From contig NC_068997.1 of assembly GCF_001194135.2 (NCBI RefSeq), forward strand, positions 28,505,588-28,542,784: a DNA stretch of 37,197 nucleotides, given 5' to 3'. Under the pieces are notes generated by a model. It ran no database searches and was not told the origin of the DNA. It worked only from the letters and a program-made list of their open reading frames with translations. This stretch comes from Octopus bimaculoides. Taxonomy: Eukaryota. Shown piece by piece: positions 22,782-33,076 of the stretch (positions within the stretch are counted from its first letter, which is position 1; the number at the start of each line of letters is the position of its first letter). The position numbers and the translations under genes were made by a program.

Positions 22782-23745
22782 TTTCAAAATATAGACATTG
22801 CCTTTCATATATCTTTAAACATTTTTAGTGAGTTGGTAGTCGCGTGTTCGAATGTAACAATGTCCCAATATAACATGGAAATATGCCGAAATTTTTCTAG
22901 TGAATGAAATTACCTGAAAATTCACAGATGCTATTATTTTGACCTAAATAACTAAAGAAAAAAATTTCATTGACGTCCGTTTGATACAGACTGCATACGC
23001 GTTAAGAACATGTTTCATTCTTTGATACAAATCATACGCAAATCACAATTTGTATCAAGTATTTGTTTTATACTCTTATGAATTAAGTGTCGGTTTAAAC
23101 GGATGATTGGCATGAATGGGTTAAAGCATAATAATTTATTTGAGAATGTTGACAAGTGCTGAGCAAAGTGAGAGTGGCAAGACTTCCTCGGGAGGAAGTC
23201 TTTCCGTGAGCGTAGAGGGAAAGCCATAAAAACTTCCAATTGCACAATTAAGTTTGCAGTGCTAAGGATGTAAGAAAAACGAACAGGCAGTAACCGGTGG
23301 GACGAAGGGTGGTGTGAAATGTCAAGATCTGTCTGCTGACGGTTGTAGGATCTGTTTGCCGATGGTTCTAGCATCAAAGTCTTCTGCTGATTGGCTGCAA
23401 GAAAGAGTGCTCTTTTTTTCTTTTGCACAGATGGCGAATCATGTATCTATGCGCGAGGTGATACGTTTGGCCACATCACGCATAAATAGAAGACCACTAC
23501 ATCAGAGGAAAGTAGTAGTTCCACTATACATTAAATGGTCACAAATTACTTAGCTGAACGTTCATTTTTTTTCAGTTGAATCATCATCATATATTAAAGC
23601 CCATATCAGAACAACCATGCAACAAAGCAGGTTGGATGCTTTATCTCTACTAAGTATCGGAGCAGATGTGTTATGTAAGATTAATTTTGATGATCTAATC
23701 AAAGATTTTGCAATTAAAAAAAGGAGGAGAAAACTTTTCAAGTAT
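22782..23745 (+). mobile_element. hAT transposase C-terminal (dimerisation domain) remnant, split by an insertion
   Basis: FQNIDIAFHISLNI (22782-22823), then VTxxxAERSF / frameshift / YIKAHIRTTMQQSRLDALSLLSIGADVLCKINFDDLIKDFAIKKRRR (23538-23745). Matches the ZMYM1-like hAT pattern FPNI.IALRI.LTIPVTVASAERSFS.LK.IK..LRSTM.QERL..LAILSIE......DFDD.I..FA..K.R. Confidence 0.8.
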
Positions 23746-23832
23746 ACAAAAATAAACATTATTTTCCATCTTACTGTTAGTTTTTTTCATTATGAAAAAT
23801 AATTTATTTTGTGGTTTATTATTGCTTACATA

Positions 23833-24005
23833 TTAAGGCAGTGAATTGGCAGAAACGTTAGTACGCCGGCCGAAACGTTTTCCGGTATTTCGTCTGTCTT
23901 TATGCTCTGAGTTCAAATTCCGCCGAGGTCGACTTTGCCTTTCATCCTTTTGGGGTCGATAAATTAAGTACCAGTTGCGTACTGAGGTCGATCCCATCGA
24001 CTGGC
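23833..24005 (+). mobile_element. Family A SINE, young (CpG-rich), truncated by a gap
   Basis: Close to the family consensus with intact CpGs: GAGTTCAAATTCCGCCGAGGTCGACTTTGCCTTTCATCC. Confidence 0.9.
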
Positions 24006-24585
24006 NNNNNNNNNNTATATATATATATATATACACGAGTTGCCAAAATCTTTTAAGAGCTTATGGCTTCTAGGGGTTTTAATCCAGCCCTGCGAGGATG
24101 GATAGTTTTTCTTCTTTGATGCCATTAACTTTTGTTTTGCTGTCTTATACCATGCCAAAGACCCTTCCACTGAAAGAAAGTAGGGTCTGGAGAAATGTGC
24201 AGTGTCTGTGACCGTTGCCTTCACAGACTGGTGAGATTGGAACTATTAATGTTCTTTTAATTTCAACACTTGCAGGAAAGATATGAGCGGCAAGGGAATT
24301 CCTGATGGTCAATATTCTGGGAAGGAAGAGGTGCGTATAGTGATTAATGAAGAAGCTGAAGGATTCGACTCAACAGGGAGAAAAAGAGAAGGAGCAACAA
24401 GTAAGAATATGAAAATATCTGATAGGAGGTGACATAACCCCAGTCAACTTCTTCCTGGAGTGTATGTATGTATATATATATATCAGACTAAACATATAAA
24501 TGTGAAACAAGGTGGGAAAAAATATTACTCGAATACCGGAGGTAGAGTAATATGCTTTATTATTAAGGCTGCAAAAACATCACAA

Positions 24586-24631
24586 AAAACTGTTACTCAG
24601 AGTTTCACGTTCCTTTTCGTCAGACAGTTTT
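24586..24631 (-). ncRNA. Minimal type I hammerhead ribozyme motif (left arm)
   Basis: AAAACTGT-CTGACGA-AAA(GGAA)CGT-GAAA-CTCTGAG-TA-ACAGTTTT. Perfect 8-bp stem I, intact CUGANGA and GAAA, GUA triplet. Stem II has two mismatches. Confidence 0.65.
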
Positions 24632-24639
24632 TCTCAACT

Positions 24640-24686
24640 AAAATTGTCTGACGAACGGGAACATGAAACTCTGAGTAACAGGTTTT
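24640..24686 (+). ncRNA. Minimal type I hammerhead ribozyme motif (right arm)
   Basis: AAAATTGT-CTGACGA(24648-54)-ACG(GGAA)CAT-GAAA(24665-68)-CTCTGAG-TA-ACAG. Stem I TTGT/ACAG, stem III ACTC/GAGT, predicted cleavage after A24677 (GUA). Stem II has one mismatch. Confidence 0.7.
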
Positions 24687-24907
24687 TCTGATGTGTTTTT
24701 ACAGCTTTAATAATAAAGTAATAATAAATCTCTGTACGAGGTATAAACAGTAGCTGCACGACATGGTGAAGTATATTTGCCCTGGGCACAGAAAGTGTGT
24801 CAATAGCCAGCTGGAGGAGGTGTCCTCCAAAGGCTACAAGCCACAGTAGCATCCACCTTTAAGGGCTAGCCACATTTAAGTGGCAAATATACTTCACGAA
24901 TAATAAA

Positions 24908-24909
<2 letters not shown>

Positions 24910-24992
<83 letters not shown>

Positions 24993-25052
24993 TAGATAGA
25001 TAGATATATGTATACATAAACTGGCAATATGACCATCCCCAAATACAACAAC

Positions 25053-25085
<33 letters not shown>
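24910..25085. repeat. Compound (TA)n/(GA)n/(GATA)n/(CA)n microsatellite
   Basis: Read directly; it generates the IYIY/SLSL ORFs of the track. Confidence 0.95.
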
Positions 25086-25144
25086 TCAACATACTGCGAC
25101 AGACATGTCCAACCCGTGTAAGAACAGATAAATGGACGTAACGT

Positions 25145-25230
25145 GATGATGATGAGGAGGAGGAGGAGAAAGAAGAGGAAGAGGAGGAGGAGAAAGAAGA
25201 GGAAAAGGAGGAGGAGGAGGATGGTGGTGA
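25145..25230. repeat. (GAT)/(GAG)n purine-rich microsatellite
   Basis: Read directly. Confidence 0.9.
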
Positions 25231-25624
25231 CGGTGTCATACAATTTATTCAGCTTTAATGTATTTTTCATTATTCTTTCCTACTTCAGTTATTTGGCAAT
25301 TTGCTTGTAATGTGCTTCTTTTGCATAAATAATAACCCAGTGAGGAGGTGGAGGAGGGGCGTGGTGCCCCAGCAATGTCAATGACCTTTGCAGCTTATTT
25401 CGCATCAGTGAGACTGATGCAGTTGATGCCAGCGGTCAAACATTTACTGCTTAAGTTTTGCAGCAAAAACGTGTTCGGAATGAATGTAGGTGTCTAATCC
25501 ACACGCATTAGAGTAAATACTGCAAAAAGTTCCTAAGGACCAAGTGATGCTATGAAATTAGGTAGCATGCAATATCTGCCCCCTGGGGGTTATTTAAAAT
25601 TTAATTCGACCCCCCCCCCGATAT

Positions 25625-25830
25625 ATCAGTGTGCCATGTAAAAAGCACTCGTGATGATGGTGCCACGTAAAAGGCACCCTGTGCACTCTGTAAAGTGGTT
25701 GGTGTTGGGAAGGGAATCCAGCTGTTGAAACCATACCTGAACAGCTTATGGAACCTGGTGTGGTTCCTGACCTTACCAGCACCTTTCAAGCCATCCAACC
25801 CATGCCAACATGGGGAATGACGATGGCAGT
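25625..25830 (+). mobile_element. Family D SINE
   Basis: GGTGCCACGTAAAAGGCACCC...GTGGTTGGTGTTGGGAAGGGAATCCAGCTG...CCATCCAACCCATGCCAACATGG. Confidence 0.75.
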
Positions 25831-25991
25831 GGTGTTAAGTATTAAACAAAATGTAATTCTAATGTGTAGTTGTGTTACTTTGTATCCTGATTTCAATATC
25901 CTATCAAGGTGGATTATACCTTTGATCCTCTCTGAGTCATTAAAATATAGGGCGATTTAATGCACAGTGTTTGTCCCCAAATTATCAGGTG

Positions 25992-26245
25992 CATGTGTTG
26001 ACCTGTCAAGCCAAGTGAGATCATAGTCATGGCCGATACCGGTGTCAGGTCAATGGCACCTGTGCTGATGACACGTAAAAGGCACCCACTACATTCTCAG
26101 AGTGGTTGGCGTTAAGAACGGCATCCAACTGTAGAAACCATACTAAGCCAGATTGGAACAATACATAGCTCTCCAGTTTACCATTTCCAGTCAAACCATC
26201 CAACCTATGCCAGAATGCAAAGTGGACGTTAAACGATGATGATGA
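25992..26245 (+). mobile_element. Family D SINE with a 24-bp target-site duplication
   Basis: Flanked by TGTTTGTCCCCAAATTATCAGGTG (25968-25991) and TGTTTGTTCCCAAATTATCAGGTG (26246-26269). Ends in AAACGATGATGATGA. Confidence 0.85.
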
Positions 26246-26480
26246 TGTTTGTTCCCAAATTATCAGGTGTGTGTTTGTCTCCAAACTGTCAGTTCTGTGT
26301 TTGTCCCCAAATTGTCGGGTCTGTGTTTGTCCCCAAATTGTCAGGTATGTGTTTGTCCACAGATTGTCAGGTCTGTGTTTGTCCCCAAATTGTCAGTTCT
26401 GTGTTTGTCCCCAGATGGACAGATCTGTGTTTGTCCCCAAATTGTCAGGTTTGTATTTCTCCCCAAATTGTCAGGTCTGT
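26246..26480. repeat. 26-bp minisatellite, about 9 copies (TGTGTTTGTCCCCAAATTGTCAGGTC)
   Basis: Contiguous tandem units with point variants and no spacers. Confidence 0.92.
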
Positions 26481-26547
26481 ATTTATGCTAGTTTCTTTCT
26501 ACCTAATCCACACACAAGATAATTGGTCATTTCGAGGCTATTCGATG

Positions 26548-26649
26548 CTATAGTAGAAGACTCCTGCCCAAGGTGCCACGCAGTGGGACTGAACCCGGAA
26601 TCATGTGGTTGAGAAGCAAACTTCTTACCACGCAGCCACGTCTGCGCCT
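26548..26649 (-). mobile_element. Family B SINE 5' fragment
   Basis: Reverse complement GGCGCAGACGTGGCTGCGTGGTAAGAAGTTTGCTTCTCAACCACATGATTCCGGGTTCAGTCCCACTGCGTGGCACCTTGGGCAG. Confidence 0.85.
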
Positions 26650-27196
26650 GTAAGTGTTTGTTTAAAAAAATGAGATGCCTACAATAAATTTCAAATCACA
26701 CCTCGTCGACCAAACCATTTAACTTTTACATAAATAGATTTGAACGATTGCTTATTTTTGTATGAACTAATTCATCTTTAAATGACGTGGAACATTTACT
26801 CTCTCGCGACTCTCTATTTTCTGCCGATGGCTTTTCATAAAAGGTAAATGGCCTGAGTGAATCGGGAATTTTACGTTGCCAGCTCATGGGGTGTTTATTC
26901 AAACATAACACAAGTGTTTCTTTGTATTTTGAGGACAACGCACTTAATTTGAGATTGTCTTATTTGATCCGGTGAGAGCACAGAAGGTTCACTTATCAGG
27001 TATATTCTATTACATAAATTTGTCGCATACAAGTTCGTACGCGATACAACTGTACCACATTTCAGATCTTAAAACAATCAATGAAATAACTCGGTTTCAA
27101 ACAACAAATAGACTAAAAATGACATTAAATTCAATATTTCATTTTCATACCAACGACTATATATATATATATATATCTATATATATATATATATTC

Positions 27197-27465
27197 ATTG
27201 CATTCATTTCTCGCCCTTTTAAAGCCTAGCCAGCCTCATGGGCCCGGTTTCTATGGCGTATGTGCTCCTCCCCAGCTGGACAGGACGCCAGTCCATCGCA
27301 GCGTTACTCAAGAAACAGGAAGAAAGAGTACAACAGGGGTCGCCACCACCCCTTGCCGGAGCCTGTTTTCGCTCAATAGACACACACAACGCCCGGTCTG
27401 GGAATCGAAACCGCGATCTTCTGACCGCGAGTCCGCTGCCCTAACCACTGGGCCATTGCGCATGC
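27197..27465 (-). mobile_element. Family E SINE (tRNA head plus V/Meta-like domain), young
   Basis: Minus strand: A box TGGCCCAGTGG, B box GGTTTCGATTCCC, central CTGCGATGGACTGGCGTCCTGTCCAG. Confidence 0.85.
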
Positions 27466-28422
27466 ATATATATATATNNNNNNNNNNNNNNNNNNNNNNN
27501 NNNNNNNNNNNNNNNNNNNNNNNNNNNNNNNNNNNNNNNNNNNNNNNNNNNNNNNNNNNNNNNNNNNNNNNNNNNNNNNNNNNNNNNNNNNNNNNNNNNN
27601 NNNNNNNNNNGAGAGAGAGAGAGAGAGAGAGAGAGAGGACGACCGTGCGAACTCAAAAAGGAGAAATGGTGACGAATGGAAATAAGAGGACTCCTTTTAT
27701 TTATACGTGTCACACGATCGAACACAAAATATATATATCAAAGATGATATACATATGTTATACTACGATATCATATGTGAATTCGTAAATACCAGTAATG
27801 AAGACTATAGAAGGCAACCGTATAAGATGAATAACAGAGATATTTATTGTGGCATAAAAGTGTATGTCTGTGTGAGAGTGTGAATGCGACATATAAGAAC
27901 ATAATCAAAGACAGGCCGTCGTACAAAGAAAAGTATGTATGTGAGTGATACATGTGTGTGTGTGTGAGTTATTACAACAGATGGAAAGAGAGTCAATAAC
28001 ACTTGAGCATTTTTACCAGTTCTTGTGTACACAATAGTATGAGTCTGTATGTGAAAGTTGGGGAGGCTGTGTGTGGCAGTGCTGATCACTAGTTGTGATG
28101 TTGTGGCATCGATGCCGGGCCGTGATTCTTGTTATACAGATGTTCGTCGCTGGCTGAGATCTCTTGTCTGTTTATTTATCGTGGTGAAGCCGAGTCACCT
28201 AACAGAATCGAAGAGAGAGATGTGCCGCGGTAGTTTGGATTGGTGTACATAGAAAGTCGTGTAGACGCTGGTCGGGATTGATGCTGGTTAGTAGTAATCG
28301 TGTTGGTGATGTGGCGACGGCGGTGGTCATCGTTGGCTGGACGAAGCTGTTGATGTGTCGCTGGCTCGCTGGCTGATTGTTGCTGCTGCTGTCGTGTGGT
28401 ACACGGAACAGATCTCAGAGAG

Positions 28423-28603
28423 AACTGAACCGAGACAAATTTGGCCGCCGAGTTAAAGCTATTTATAACAAACTATCAGCTCCCGAAGGCTTCAGTTTAA
28501 TACTCTATCACGTGACCTTATTAGAGGCCGTGATTGGTCAGTTTGCGTTCTGGCGGGAACGGTTCGAAGAAGTTGCCGCTTCAAATAATAATCAGTCACG
28601 TGA
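28423..28603 (-). promoter_or_regulatory. Minus-strand Pol II core promoter
   Basis: TATAAATA (28467-28460), CCAAT (28537-28533), TCACGTGA E-boxes (28508-28515 and 28596-28603) and Inr-like TCAGTT (28428-28423). The downstream sequence is CpG-rich and repeat-free, like a first exon. Confidence 0.65.
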
Positions 28604-30439
28604 TGACAAGGAATGGGTTCTCTGCTACGCTCGCGTTTGTTTATATTTAAATGAGAAGAATGGCGATAACAGTTTTGTATCTAATGGCGATAAGTAGAAG
28701 AGACGATAGGTAGTTTCACTACATATATATATATAGCAAAAACGCGGATGTTTTGTTAGAATGCCAAAAATTGCGTCATTTACCTTAAGAGAACCCCTCA
28801 TATATGCATGGTGCCTAAAAGAACTCATTTTATATCTTTGGCTGGCGAGAATCATCTGCTGCGGGTCGAAACTGCCACATCACGTGATTTCGACCTGCTC
28901 AGTTTCTTCAGTGACAGACGTAGCGGCATAACAGCAAAATCTCACTATAAACAATATATAGAATTTCAGTGTCTTTCCAGGCATTGATATCGCAAATAGC
29001 CAGCGGGTTTATAAAAAAAGATAGCAACAGAAGCAGTATTGGTACCAAGAGGCAACCTTTATATCCAACTTAACGTGGAGGTTCCGTTAGAACACCGAAA
29101 ATTGCGTCATGTACCTTGAGAGGGTCTCTCGTATGGATATATAGAGCATAAAAACATCGGGCAGATCGAAATCACATTATCTGGCCGTTCCGTTATCCGT
29201 AACAGACGATTCAGGTCTGCCAACGATATAAATATGAGTGCTTTTATGCATCATGTGTCCATATGAGAAGTCCTCTGAAAGTAAATAACGCAGTATTCGA
29301 TGTTGTAACAAAATATGTACGCTGGATTTAAAGATCACCTTAGACTGAATAAATGATGAACAACCTTAATCGATTTTAGAACCTCATTGGGTTCCCATCA
29401 GGGGCGCCTACATCATTCTGACAACCTCCAGAGAAATAAGCAGCCAAACTGTTTATGTACTCAACGAATGCAGCAGTTACTCTATGAAGGAGTCCCTAAT
29501 ATTTTATATATATAATATATTCTACTTCCTACGGAGTTCAGAATTCGTTAATCTAAGTGATGCTCAAAAGGGAAAAACAATATAATACAAGATGTTATCT
29601 GACGAAATTAAGAACCACAAAAATAATTGAATAAATGAATAAATACAATAAAGAAATATATAAAATAAAAAAAGATAACGACATTTCGTTAACCATCAAT
29701 TATTCCAGTGTTTATCTCTTATTTACAGCAGTGTACACTGGCTTTTATCAATTGTTTACCTGTTGTTAGACATAACGCTGCCTCCTACTCTCTCCAACCT
29801 TTTTATCTATCCACGCCAGTTACTCTGTGCTGAAATTACGAGAGCAGCTAACGATATTATATATCAAGGCACCTGGTGTTTTTCAAATTACACAATTTCA
29901 GGATATAAACTAAATGCGATTTATTTTGTAATACGCCTCTTGCATTCAGACATACCCCGCTTTTCGAATCTTGTTCTTTGTTTTATTTCTCGTTACCGTC
30001 ATCTTCTTTGACCTCTGTTTTCTTCATCGCTTATACCTTATTCCTTTAAACTGATAGAGACTTAGAATCTTTTCAATCTGTAGCGGTCACCGTTGGTTAC
30101 TGGGCTTATCATCAGACGAAGGACGGTATGGGGTGGAACAGAAGAAATGGTAATGTTTAACATCATGCCAGTCAATATTTAGCTACAACTAAGGCCTAAA
30201 AGAGAAACGTTCAATAAGGAGATTGACCTGTGAGGCCTGCAGAATGAAGTGGAGGTTCATGGCTATCTGCCGATGTCCACTCTAGAAAAAAGAAATCATA
30301 GCCTCACAGCTTCCTTGAATTTTAAGTCAACTTCTCGCTTCCAAGACACAAAAGCAATTCTGTTTCGTCTTGTAGCAAAATTTCTCCCAAGGGCCCCTGG
30401 TTACAACATCTCTTAATGCATTGAATTCTTCAAATGAAA

Positions 30440-31238
30440 TAAAATGCCACTTCTCGACAAATTTCTTAGTGGCCTGTGACCAATGTAAGAAATTGTTAGT
30501 TTAAAGGGAAAATGTCACAGATGACCAAATATCTGGTTGCTAGTCGAAGGTGGTTCCAAAGAAATCTTTTGTATGAATCTATAGTCTGTTTCAGCTGTCA
30601 CAGTCTAGGCCATGATGGGACATGGACTTTGGAGTTGAATGCCTTTTGTGTGTGTGTGTGTGTGTGTGTGTCATTTTTGTACAAGTGCAGTGGTTCTTCT
30701 GTTTCTGGTGGATCAATGAATTTGTGAAAATTGCTCTGCTTTTGTGGTAGCCTTTTGCAAATGGCTGATCTAGAATGCAAGAGATAAAGTGATCCCGATG
30801 CGTTTTTTAAGTCCCAGGAAGTATTTTAGTCGCGTTTTCGGTTCGTAAACCTTTTGAGAAGCAGTTATATAATCGTGGGTCTTTAAATGCCAAACAGTTG
30901 TCGTCATGGAAGACTTAAAAAGTTTAATGATCATTTCAATGCAGATAGGGTAGAAAAGGAACTTCGATTGCGTAGATTTAGGAAAAGGTAGGATATTAAC
31001 AAAAGTCTTTGAACAAGTCTACGAATAACTTTACGTAGACCTTATCCACGAGGTAGTCTTTTTCCTACTCAAGGATATTTTTGGACGAACACATTATAAA
31101 ACTGGAAAAATGTATTAAAGACATATTAAAGCTGTGATTGATGTGAATGGGCGGTGGGGTGGGGGGAGCTAGCCTTTATATTAAATAATAAAGTTTTCAT
31201 TGGACACGGTGTTTCTATTATTTTGTCCAAGCCGTGTA
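30440..31238 (+). mobile_element. Highly degenerate Tc1-like transposon
   Basis: Residual motifs WFQRNLLYES..F....GHDG (compare W..V..SDES.F...G.DG) and KAVIDVNG (compare AVI.A.GG). Right end TTATTTTGTCCAAGCCGTG-TA resembles a Tc1 TIR. Confidence 0.5.
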
Positions 31239-31261
31239 TGCACGCGCGTGTTTGTTTGTGC

Positions 31262-31370
<109 letters not shown>

Positions 31371-31399
31371 TTCCTATTTTGCAATATTTCATTTGTATC

Positions 31400-31610
31400 G
31401 ATTGGCAGAATCGTTAGAGCATCGGACAAAAGATTCTGCGGTGTTTCTTACCTTGCCTTACGCTCTGAGTTCAGTTCATGCCGGAGTCAACTTTGCCTTT
31501 CATCCTTCTGGGGCCGATAAAATGAAGTACCATACAAGCAGTCAACTACTGGTGTAGATATAATCGACGATCCCATCATGCAAATTTTGGCCTTGTGCCT
31601 AAATTAGAAA
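31400..31610 (+). mobile_element. Family A SINE
   Basis: TGGCAGAATCGTTAG...GAGTTCAG...GCCTTTCATCCTTCTGGGGCCGATAAAATGAAGTACC...GGCCTTGTGCCTAAATTAGAAA. Confidence 0.8.
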
Positions 31611-32296
31611 TTATATATAGATATAAGGTTATAATTTTAAACACACACACACGCACGCACGCACATACGTACGTATGTATGTATGTGTGTGTGTTTATGT
31701 ATGTATTAACGAAATTATATAACAGAATATCTGTTTATATAATATATGCTTTGTTTGAGAAAATATGAGGACTCCGAAATATGTGCAAATTTCCTTCACT
31801 TCTTGTAGATGTCATTGCTGTAACGCTTAAAAAAAAAATTTCTTCTGCCAGAAAGAAAAATTGAACAAACGGTTTTTTTGTTGGAAGTGACCGACTTCAG
31901 AAAGCACTGTGCCATCAGAAGCAAATAAATAATCTCTAAACTCCTCATAAAGGACACTAACCACTAAAAAAACGACAATACAGCTGTCTGTTAATATGTT
32001 TACCACTGTCACAGAATTTAAGAAATGCATTTGAAGATCTGAAGATTGTTTTTGATTTACGTAAACACGAATGACCAATGAATAGTGCTTTGCTGATAAT
32101 TGAGTACCTTCGCTTGGAAAAGAATTTTATGACAGTATAAGCGGGTATCAAACGTGTGTTGTAGAGTCAATTTCAAATCTTTCGAGGGTAGAATTCGCTT
32201 ATCATCCTTCCCACTCCCCACCAACATCCCAAAATGGACCCATCCATAATGACCTAGTCTTTATTTTGCAACTTAACTCTCATGATAGTTTAATAT

Positions 32297-32495
32297 TCTT
32301 TTCTACTCTAGATACAAAGCCCGAAATTTTGGGGGAGGGGCCAGTCGATTAGATCGACTCCAGTACGCAACTGGTACTTAATTTATCGACCTCGAAAGGA
32401 TGAAAGGCAAAGTCGACCTGGGCAGAATTTGAACTCAGAACGTAAAGACAGACGAAATACTGCTAAGCATTTCGCCCGGCGTGCTAACGTTTCTT
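32297..32495 (-). mobile_element. Family A SINE, young
   Basis: Near-consensus reverse complement with intact CpGs. It is followed by the end of a second element and then an N gap. Confidence 0.9.
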
Positions 32496-32790
32496 ATTTC
32501 TTTACTGCCCACAAGGGGGCTACACACAGAGGNNNNNNNNNNGTATAAGCGGGTATCAAACGTGTGTTGTAGAGTCAATTTCAAATCTTTCGAGGGTAGA
32601 ATTCGCTTATCATCCTTCCCACTCCCCACCAACATCCCAAAATGGACCCATCCATAATGACCTAGTCTTTATTTTGCAACTTAACTCTCATGATAGTTTA
32701 ATATCGAATCCATTAAATCGTCCATACTCCTTCCTCTTAAAAAACGAACTTGGTATGGAACCAAATAAAAACTTTTCAGCACAAGTTTCG

Positions 32791-32966
32791 CAGTGGCGTA
32801 GTAAGGGCTCCTAGCGTGAAATGGGGCCACACACACATTTGGTGGGCACACTCATAACTTTATTAGCAAGTATAATCGGTTAGAAGAAATTCCGCATCTT
32901 TTCACACTAGCACCCAAATCAGGATCGGCAAACGCACCTCCTCCCTCCAGTCTTGTTACACCTCTA
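32791..32966. mobile_element. Possible hAT-type MITE
   Basis: CAGTGGCGTAGTAAG versus reverse complement of the right end TAGAGGTGTAACAAG. No 8-bp target-site duplication seen. Confidence 0.35.
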
Positions 32967-33076
32967 CAGACACTTTTACAAACCCGTGGTTCCGGGTTCG
33001 GTACTATTGCACAGCATTGTGAGTAATTACCTTCTCTAATGGCTTTGGATTTACAAATAGTTTTCGAATGGAAATG

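Larger units (their letters stand above)
24555..24718. mobile_element. Inverted-repeat element (77/79-bp arms, 8-nt spacer) of Penelope-like pLTR type
   Basis: 24555-24631 versus reverse complement of 24640-24718: 8 mismatches plus a 2-nt gap. Each arm contains a hammerhead core. Confidence 0.85.

Noticed and set aside
26246-26480. Regular 26-bp repeats resembling a CRISPR array
   Set aside because: The units are contiguous with no unique spacers, no cas genes are present, and the context is eukaryotic. It is a minisatellite.
26236-26553. Cys-rich repetitive ORFs in three frames
   Set aside because: They are a by-product of the 26-bp minisatellite, whose unit length is not a multiple of 3.
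27395-27465. tRNA gene-like sequences here and at 7063, 6586 and 23833
   Set aside because: A and B boxes are present, but each continues into a SINE body and no complete cloverleaf could be folded.
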